Part shown: positions 17,765-23,583 of the stretch, piece by piece | How the letters are laid out: each line of letters starts with the position of its first letter | Position numbering within the stretch: the stretch's first letter is position 1 | Source of the DNA: a virus | IMG/VR virus record: IMGVR_UViG_3300045988_136773 | Reading direction: 5' to 3' (one strand) | Length of the DNA: 64,000 nucleotides | Position numbers and translations under genes: made by a program | Notes under the pieces: model-generated | Told to the model about the DNA's origin: nothing | The model's database searches: none | What the model saw: the letters and a program-made list of their open reading frames with translations, nothing else

Positions 17765-18114
17765 GCAGGATAAGTGGTTTTTCTCAATTTTTAACGAACC
17801 TGCACAAAATCGGAAAAACAATTGATGACATTCGGAAAGACGAACGCTGGTTTTAGAGCAAATGTGGTTCCAACGTAAACAAATAAACAGGGATATGCAG
17901 CGAGGCGGACTTAAACGTCAACCAAGTAGTGTCAGCGTAGCGAGATGATATGCATTCACTTCACAGGGTATAGGTCGTTTAACCTGTGAAGAACGGCCAG
18001 CAGGGGCAGGACCTGCACACTACACCAGCTGTAAATGGTGCTTTTCTCAATTTCTAATTACCAGCCGATAAAGTAGGAGAAAATTGATGACATTCTGGAA
18101 AGACAGATATTAAT
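17765..18114 (+). ncRNA. candidate structured RNA C, flanked by about 63-nt imperfect direct repeats
   Basis: Repeats 17778-17842 and 18042-18104 share ttttctcaattt and aattgatgacattc(g/t)ggaaagac. The core has a 9-bp hairpin cttcacagg/cctgtgaag. Confidence 0.3.
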
Positions 18115-18190
18115 GCTTCGATAGCTCAGTAGGTAGAGCAGGGGACTGAAAATCCCCGTGTCATTGGTTCGATTCCAGTTCGGAGCACCA
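18115..18190 (+). tRNA. tRNA-Phe(GAA)
   Basis: Acceptor gcttcga/tcggagc, stem gggga/tcccc, loop ctgaaaa, CCA. Confidence 0.85.
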
Positions 18191-18199
18191 AAACCAAAT

Positions 18200-18276
18200 C
18201 CGGATGTAACTCAGTTTGGTAGAGTGCTTGCTTTGGGAGCAAGATGCCACAGGTTCGATCCCTGCCATTCGGACCA
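18200..18276 (+). tRNA. tRNA-Pro(TGG), copy 2
   Basis: Acceptor ccggatg/cattcgg, stem cttgc/gcaag, loop tttggga, CCA. Confidence 0.85.
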
Positions 18277-18360
18277 TCATGCTGATTCTTTTCAGTTCTA
18301 TCAGCTAAGCCAAAAACTGAAAATGTATTATGGTATCCAAATCACATAAGAGCTGAATAT

Positions 18361-18446
18361 GTCGCTGTGGTGGAATGGTAGACACGATGAATTCAAAATT
18401 CATTGGCTTAAATGTCGTATCGGTTCGAGTCCGGTCAGCGGCACCA
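18361..18446 (+). tRNA. tRNA-Leu(CAA), type II
   Basis: Acceptor gtcgctg/cagcggc, stem atgaa/ttcat, loop ttcaaaa, long variable arm, A73, CCA. Confidence 0.85.
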
Positions 18447-18640
18447 GTGCTGATAAATTTAATGAGGGCATAAGTTCAAGTTAAACCCTGTGAATGAGGT
18501 TAGGACTTGTGCACCAATAGTCTGTGGAAACAAATTTCCGTGAGGTTGTATCAGTTATATCTGATATGTAAAACTAGGTCGTGAGCAGCGGGATTGCTAT
18601 CAAACCAGCAAGCAGGGTGGATAAGCCTTGCAACTCAGCA
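18447..18640 (+). ncRNA. candidate structured RNA D, closed by a long-range helix
   Basis: gtgctga (18447-53) pairs with tcagcac (18633-39), followed by an A-run. No ORF. Confidence 0.3.
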
Positions 18641-18984
18641 CAAAAAAATGTCAGTTCCTTCAGAATTATTGACATTGGTGTTACCTCCAGTAACCTATAA
18701 AAAATGATCAGGAGCTGACATTATAAGGTGAATATATCTAGTGAGATATGCGTAGGTTGCAAACTACAATTATCAACAACATAGTGACATAGATACAACA
18801 CATGATAAAATATGATAGTTGTTATGTCGGAGTTGCAACGATGGTGTATCAGCATCATATGGTTCATGTAAAGGATGAATCAGATCGAAGGATGATAGAA
18901 GATATTCTGCATACCTGGCTGTTAATCTGTTGGAAGGTGCAAGTCCTTTATTCATCTCCAATATTATTTTCTAAGGAGAACGAT

Positions 18985-19440
18985 ATGAATCCATTTATGG
19001 AATTGGCAGTGTTAGAAGCACTTGAAGGTATCGAATTAGGCCATGGTGGACCATTCGGAGCTGTTATCGTCAAAGACGGTAAAGTTATAAGCAGAGCTCA
19101 TAACATGGTGATTGTTAACAATGATCCAACTGCTCATGGTGAAATTCAAGCAATTAGATCTGCATGTAAGAAACTCAATAGATTTGATCTAACAGGTTGT
19201 GAAATTTACACTACTGGATATCCTTGTCCAATGTGTTTTTGTGCTATTCTTTGGTCAAACATTGATAAGGTGTATTATGGTTGTAATACATCTGATGCAG
19301 AAATAATCGGATTTCGTGAAAAACAGTTTTATGATTCTATTCCTGCTAAGATGCAAGAGATCTGTCATGAAATAGATAGACAAGAATGTTTATCTATTTA
19401 CAACACTTACAACAATATGTCAGATGCTACTAATTACTAG
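18985..19440 (+). CDS. guaD: GuaD-type (CDA-fold) guanine/nucleobase deaminase
   Basis: GGPFGAVIVKDGKVI...NDPTAHGEIQAIRSAC...GYPCPMCFCAILW closely follows remembered B. subtilis GuaD. ATG 18985 follows aaggag. Confidence 0.7.
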   Translation: MNPFMELAVLEALEGIELGHGGPFGAVIVKDGKVISRAHNMVIVNNDPTAHGEIQAIRSACKKLNRFDLTGCEIYTTGYPCPMCFCAILWSNIDKVYYGCNTSDAEIIGFREKQFYDSIPAKMQEICHEIDRQECLSIYNTYNNMSDATNY

Positions 19441-19471
19441 TGTATTCAAGCTGATTTAACAATCAGCATAT

Positions 19472-19553
19472 GCAGATGTGGTGAAAGCGGCAGCCACATA
19501 GATTGAGTTCTAGCCTTTGTAGGATGCAGGTTCAAATCCTGCCATCTGCACCA
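19472..19553 (+). tRNA. Leu-like type II tRNA with a 6-nt anticodon loop
   Basis: Acceptor gcagatg/catctgc, A73, CCA, long variable arm. Anticodon arm (a)taga-ttgagt-tcta(g): 4 bp plus an A.G mismatch, 6-nt loop (possible GAG). Confidence 0.5.
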
Positions 19554-19560
19554 TTAAATT

Positions 19561-19649
19561 GCTGATATGTCCGAGAGGTTTATGGAGCTGGTCATGAAAA
19601 TCAGTGATATCGCAAGATACCGTAGGTTCGAATCCTACTATCAGCACCA
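19561..19649 (+). tRNA. type II Ser-like tRNA, TGA anticodon, A at position 33
   Basis: Acceptor gctgata/tatcagc, Ser-like D arm tgtccgagaggtt, stem ctggt/atcag, loop catgaaa (A33 instead of U33), A73, CCA. Confidence 0.55.
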
Positions 19650-19738
19650 AATGTGACGAAGGAAGAAACGCAACTTATTTCCTGATGCTAATATACCATT
19701 AGGAAATCTGGGGATTTGCTGACGGTCGTCACATTATC
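19650..19738 (+). ncRNA. candidate small structured RNA E1
   Basis: 10-bp closing helix aatgtgacga/tcgtcacatt encloses alternative tttcct/aggaaa hairpins. Confidence 0.3.
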
Positions 19739-19833
19739 AGATAGGCTGTATTCTCAGTCCTCCGGTTTAGTCCGGCGTTGTCTTTAGGTTTGGATAACTT
19801 ATTGGCATAAACCTCTACGATAAAGAGGCACTT

Positions 19834-19937
19834 GCGAGGTTGGTGGAATAGGAAGACGCACCGTGAAGAACGGCGAGAAGAGATAATCACGTGATAATGC
19901 TTCTCACATCATGGTTCGAGTCCAGGACCTCGCTCCA
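19834..19937 (+). tRNA. tRNA-like RNA with about 31-nt variable arm and aberrant anticodon loop
   Basis: Acceptor gcgaggt/acctcgc, T arm catgg-ttcgagt-ccagg, T73, CCA. Anticodon arm ccgt-gaaga-acgg (5-nt loop) or tgaagaa without U33. Variable arm gagaag...cttctc contains the palindrome atcacgtgat. Confidence 0.4.
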
Positions 19938-20245
19938 GAGACACAAAGTAAAGTGAAAGTACTCGTGCAAAGATTACAAACACTGAGGTAAAATCACGGA
20001 GCTACTTGACATTAAATTAAGTAGTGAAGAAGTGAGTGTATTAGTAGCTTTATCACCATAGTATGGTTAGAATGGCTGTTGCTAGGACGATATATTAAGC
20101 AACATATTCAGACTTGCAGTGAATATTGTCCCAGCTATTCCTAGTGTTTAGAGGTATTGTAAAAAGTACCTTGCTTATGCTATTGAAAGACTATAGCAAA
20201 ACAGCAGAAAGCTTTTCGTCCGGCTATTACGAAAAATAGTCATAT
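19938..20245 (+). ncRNA. ORF-free spacer E2 (possible structured RNA)
   Basis: 308 nt without an ORF, between the tRNA-like RNA and tRNA-Leu(TAG). Structure not resolved by eye. Confidence 0.2.
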
Positions 20246-20330
20246 GCGGATATGGTGAAATTGGCAGACACGTTAGATTTAGGTTCTAATGCCGTAAGGT
20301 GTGCAGGTTCAAATCCTGTTATCCGCACCA
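20246..20330 (+). tRNA. tRNA-Leu(TAG), type II
   Basis: Acceptor gcggata/tatccgc, stem ttaga/tctaa, loop tttaggt, long variable arm, A73, CCA. Confidence 0.85.
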
Positions 20331-20377
20331 TCAGACCGATTCTGTTTCCATGCAGGTCTGAGTTTACCTCCTATTTG

Positions 20378-20427
20378 AAATAACACCGAACAGGCAGCCG
20401 ATAGCTTGTTCGGTGTTATTTTTTTTG
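20378..20427 (+). terminator. intrinsic terminator closing the tRNA operon
   Basis: 14-bp stem aataacaccgaaca/tgttcggtgttatt followed by T8. Confidence 0.8.
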
Positions 20428-20579
20428 TGTTAATCCATATAGAATAACTTAACTTACAGTTTGAGGTCTTTGTGATCACTAGTGGTGCGTTGTATAGATA
20501 TAAAGATGAATCTAATGTATATGATTACTCAGTTATATGCAAAAACTGCGTAATGTAATAATTTTCCATGTCAAACCAA

Positions 20580-20595
20580 TCGTTATACATAGTAG
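20580..20595 (+). promoter_or_regulatory. phage promoter-like motif, copy 3 (tcgttatacatagtag)
   Basis: 48 nt upstream of ATG 20643. Confidence 0.5.
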
Positions 20596-20642
20596 ATTAT
20601 AGTAGCATAATCTTATTATAGAATCTACTGGAGGTATTTAAG

Positions 20643-20873
20643 ATGACATTGATGGAGTTACAAGATATTCTTGGACAAAGAATTCAGATTGCGAATGATA
20701 CATCAATTACAACTGATGTAAAGCAGAAAGAAAACGAGGTATCTCAAACAATCGTAGCATTAGCAAAACAGATGATTAATAACGCAGATGTAGTTCTGAG
20801 AGCTGAGAAGCTATGCTGTGAATGTGATTTGAAACAATCCAATATTGAAAGGATGATAGGTCATGAGCGGTAA
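20643..20873 (+). CDS. hypothetical protein
   Basis: ORF track; RBS ctggagg. Confidence 0.6.
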   Translation: MTLMELQDILGQRIQIANDTSITTDVKQKENEVSQTIVALAKQMINNADVVLRAEKLCCECDLKQSNIERMIGHER

Positions 20874-21690
20874 ACCTTATACTGACCAGCAGGTTGAATT
20901 CATAAAATCACATTGTTCTAAGATGACAGCTGCACAGCTCGTAGATGCACTTAATCAAAAATTTAATGATACTCGCACTAAAAAGGGATTACTATCATTT
21001 ATGCAATCACATGGATTACATACAGTTGTACCTAAACCTGTAAGGCTTGAAATTTTTACAGATATTCAGAAATCTTATATGCAGGAGCATGGACCTTATA
21101 TGAGTCGTAAGGATCTTACAGAAAAATTAAATACACAGTTTAATATCAATGTTTCTGTACGACAAGTTAAAAGCTGGTGTTACACCAACAAAATTAAATC
21201 ACCAAACGGAAACGGAAGATTTACCACTGAAACATCACCACGATGGGCAAAAGGACTATCGAACTCTGAATTTAGATCGCATTATACAGATAAGTCATTT
21301 TCAAATCTGATATCGCCTATGATTGAGTCGAATAAAAAGTATAAAATGGGAGATGAAATTATACGTCATGACATTCCGTACATTGTTATAAACAACGATT
21401 TTGGGCATGGTATTGATGCACGAATTAAAAGAAAATCTATATATGTATGGGAGCGTCAATATGGAGAGATTTCATCAAAATCCATGATAATACATTTAGA
21501 CAATGATAAAATGAACTGTAATATTGAAAATCTCATGTGCATTCCAACAAAGTACAGACCATGGTTTATGCATAATTCCTGGTGGGATGCCCCAAAAGAA
21601 ATAAAAGAAGTAGCGGTAAAATGGTGTGAACTTTATTACGCTTTAAACGAGAATAATCTTGATAGAAAGGGTGCTGATTTTAATGCATAA
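20863..21690 (+). CDS. HNH homing-type endonuclease with duplicated N-terminal helical DNA-binding modules
   Basis: IIHLDNDKMNCNIENLMCI (HNH_3-like). N-terminal repeats YTDQQVEFIKSH... / FTDIQKSYMQEH... Confidence 0.7.
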   Translation: MSGKPYTDQQVEFIKSHCSKMTAAQLVDALNQKFNDTRTKKGLLSFMQSHGLHTVVPKPVRLEIFTDIQKSYMQEHGPYMSRKDLTEKLNTQFNINVSVRQVKSWCYTNKIKSPNGNGRFTTETSPRWAKGLSNSEFRSHYTDKSFSNLISPMIESNKKYKMGDEIIRHDIPYIVINNDFGHGIDARIKRKSIYVWERQYGEISSKSMIIHLDNDKMNCNIENLMCIPTKYRPWFMHNSWWDAPKEIKEVAVKWCELYYALNENNLDRKGADFNA

Positions 21691-21928
21691 TTTAATGTGT
21701 AGAAATCAAATAATTAAGATGAAAGATGGAAAGTTGGTAACTATTGATCGCAGCGACATAAATCAGGTAAAAGATTGTATAGAACAGTATTGTGGGGCAG
21801 AGTTTTCAGAGTTAGCCAATTGTATACTGGATGATTTTATAGTTCGTCTCAAAGAATGTGGTTACGATCTTGAAGATTTTGGATACCGCCGTACAGATGT
21901 TCGCGATGTTCGTAAAAATTGGTGGTGA
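21683..21928 (+). CDS. hypothetical protein (start uncertain)
   Basis: ORF-track frame; first ATG at 21683. Confidence 0.45.
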   Translation: MHNLMCRNQIIKMKDGKLVTIDRSDINQVKDCIEQYCGAEFSELANCILDDFIVRLKECGYDLEDFGYRRTDVRDVRKNWW

Positions 21929-21988
21929 TCAACCGTTTGAAATTCGCAAGTTTGTGCAATTTTATATCAATATAATTGCTATTTACAC

Positions 21989-22017
21989 TTGACAATTAGC
22001 AATATCTATGCTATAAT
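21989..22017 (+). promoter_or_regulatory. consensus sigma-A type promoter
   Basis: TTGACA (21989-94), 17-nt spacer, TATAAT (22012-17). Confidence 0.7.
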
Positions 22018-22085
22018 GTATTTAGAGAAAGTGCAGAGAGTGTGCTTCATAACAAGAATATCAATATTGCATGGAGGTAATCACT

Positions 22086-22442
22086 ATGACAGATGCAAAT
22101 AAGATTAGAATGAATATTGCTGAGGAAATCAAAATGCTTCAGATGATTCAGAAATTGGATGACACTGAAATTCAAAACTGGGATGAAGCTAACAGTTTGC
22201 CGAGTTTTCACAGTTTAGCAAATGCTGATGCAGAGCAGGATGACTGTGAAGAGAGCGACTGCTGTAATCAGACAATGTTGAAACGATTCATCATTGGAGA
22301 TGATATTGTAGAGTTCGGAACAATTTTTGATGATATGTACTACGCATACTTCAAGTTAAATGATTATTCAGTATCTGGGACACTGGATGATGTCTTTGAT
22401 GAAATTAAAGATTTCATCAAATGTAACATCTTGAAAATCTAA
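22086..22442 (+). CDS. acidic hypothetical protein
   Basis: ATG 22086 follows ggaggt. Confidence 0.6.
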   Translation: MTDANKIRMNIAEEIKMLQMIQKLDDTEIQNWDEANSLPSFHSLANADAEQDDCEESDCCNQTMLKRFIIGDDIVEFGTIFDDMYYAYFKLNDYSVSGTLDDVFDEIKDFIKCNILKI

Positions 22443-22515
22443 CAGCTATCAAACAGTGCAGTTGAACTTGATTTTTCTGCACTGTTCTGGTATAATACGG
22501 ATAGAGGGTGATTTT

Positions 22516-22950
22516 ATGAAAATCTACAAATCAAAAAGATATATTGAGGAAGACACCATAAGTGGTGCAACATCTATCTATGGTATGGCGAATTTAAAGC
22601 CACGAGAAACAGGACAACCGTTTGAATTGTGGGTTGATGAAATTGGAAGCGATCGTAATGTAGGTCATAATCTCCCAAGATTTAAGCCAAAAGCAAATGG
22701 CATTCAGCTAGATATCATGCTAAACCGAGATGGTAGCGCAGAGATTATAAACTCAGATCCGCGTAAGATTCAAAAATTTAAGTATGCTAAGGAAGCAATA
22801 CACTTTATAGAGAAATTTAGCAAACCGCTGCTGATGCATTGGAACGGTGAAATTAGCAGTAGTGAACTTGCAAACATAATCAGGTTGGTAGAAAGAAAAA
22901 ATTATACGCTTGACAGTGCAATTGACACAATTTTAAACGATGAGTATTGA
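22516..22950 (+). CDS. hypothetical protein (MKIYK paralog 1)
   Basis: ATG 22516 follows agagggtga. Shares N-terminal MKIYK and pattern NL(K/R)...H..(P)R.KP with the next gene. Confidence 0.6.
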   Translation: MKIYKSKRYIEEDTISGATSIYGMANLKPRETGQPFELWVDEIGSDRNVGHNLPRFKPKANGIQLDIMLNRDGSAEIINSDPRKIQKFKYAKEAIHFIEKFSKPLLMHWNGEISSSELANIIRLVERKNYTLDSAIDTILNDEY

Positions 22951-22968
22951 CACGATAGGAGTGATCTT

Positions 22969-23475
22969 ATGAAGATCTACAAAACTGGTGAACTTGTGCA
23001 GAGTATGAATGATCAAGACATATTCTGCATGTCAAATTTAAGAGGTAAAAACGTATGTGTACCGCATAAACTGTCATTCTCATTCTACTTTTCTCAAAGA
23101 GAATCAAGTCATGCAATACGAGTAAAACCTGTATTTAACCCAAATAAAATAAGCCTATCAAGACTTGGATCATTAGAACTTCATGGTGATTGGAAATACA
23201 CGCCAGGACCAGATGATATAAATGTTTCTAACAAACAGATTTCAGAGATGAAAAATTTTTTCAAAACCTATAAAGTGCTGTTTGCAACTGTATGGGAAAA
23301 TGAACTTCCAGAAGACGTTGTATATGATTATTTTAGAGGGATTATACCACTTTCCGAGCTTATCAAAGAATTTTATTTTTATGCGAATTATGCCGCTAAC
23401 TTAGATAAAATCAAAACTATTGATAGCTTAGAACAATACATCAGGAATTATAAGATATTTAACATGTGGGATTAA
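22969..23475 (+). CDS. hypothetical protein (MKIYK paralog 2)
   Basis: RBS taggagtga; pattern similarity to 22516..22950. Confidence 0.6.
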   Translation: MKIYKTGELVQSMNDQDIFCMSNLRGKNVCVPHKLSFSFYFSQRESSHAIRVKPVFNPNKISLSRLGSLELHGDWKYTPGPDDINVSNKQISEMKNFFKTYKVLFATVWENELPEDVVYDYFRGIIPLSELIKEFYFYANYAANLDKIKTIDSLEQYIRNYKIFNMWD

Positions 23476-23511
23476 CCAGTCTTGATATGTAAAACCTGAT
23501 AACATAACAGT

Positions 23512-23566
23512 AAAGCGAACAGTTACTCAAAACTATAGATGAGTAGCTGTTCGCTTTTCTAGTACA
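23512..23566. terminator. long imperfect palindrome between convergent genes (bidirectional terminator and/or attP candidate)
   Basis: aaagcgaacagttactc ... gagtagctgttcgcttt: about 17-bp arms with one mismatch. Confidence 0.5.
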
Positions 23567-23583
23567 TTGATTACTGTGGCTAA

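Noticed and set aside
18084-18113. ttgatg...tattaa inside repeat copy B as a promoter for tRNA-Phe
   Set aside because: The -10-like element ends only about 2 nt before the mature tRNA 5' end, and the first copy of the repeat lacks any -10. It is more likely a conserved RNA or processing element than a promoter.
14043-18349. ORF-track entries across the tRNA array (14043..14270 minus, 15460..15648 minus, 16177..16407 plus, 16916..17157 minus, 17143..17334, 17364..17576, 17544..17756, 18158..18349)
   Set aside because: They start or run through hand-verified tRNA cloverleaves (typical GFEPT / GTRTLN translations of T arms), or lie in hairpin-rich spacers with no RBS.
18700-18984. Purine (guanine) riboswitch upstream of the GuaD-like gene
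   Set aside because: I looked for the conserved junction and loop strings of the purine aptamer (UAUA J1/2, GUUUCUACC-type J2/3, CCGACUA-type J3/1) and found none. Other riboswitch classes cannot be excluded by eye.
18802-18984. ORF-track start (18802) for the deaminase, giving a 212-aa protein
   Set aside because: The first 61 codons have no RBS and no deaminase similarity. ATG 18985 follows a perfect aaggag, and from there the protein aligns with GuaD from residue 1.
16253-20245. tmRNA, RNase P RNA, group I or II introns, or retron msr/msd in the long spacers
   Set aside because: I saw none of the following: a GGAAAGUCCGG-type P4 string, a tmRNA tag ORF with split acceptor, a group II domain V, a group I P7/G-site signature, or a nearby reverse transcriptase. 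This is a by-eye exclusion only.
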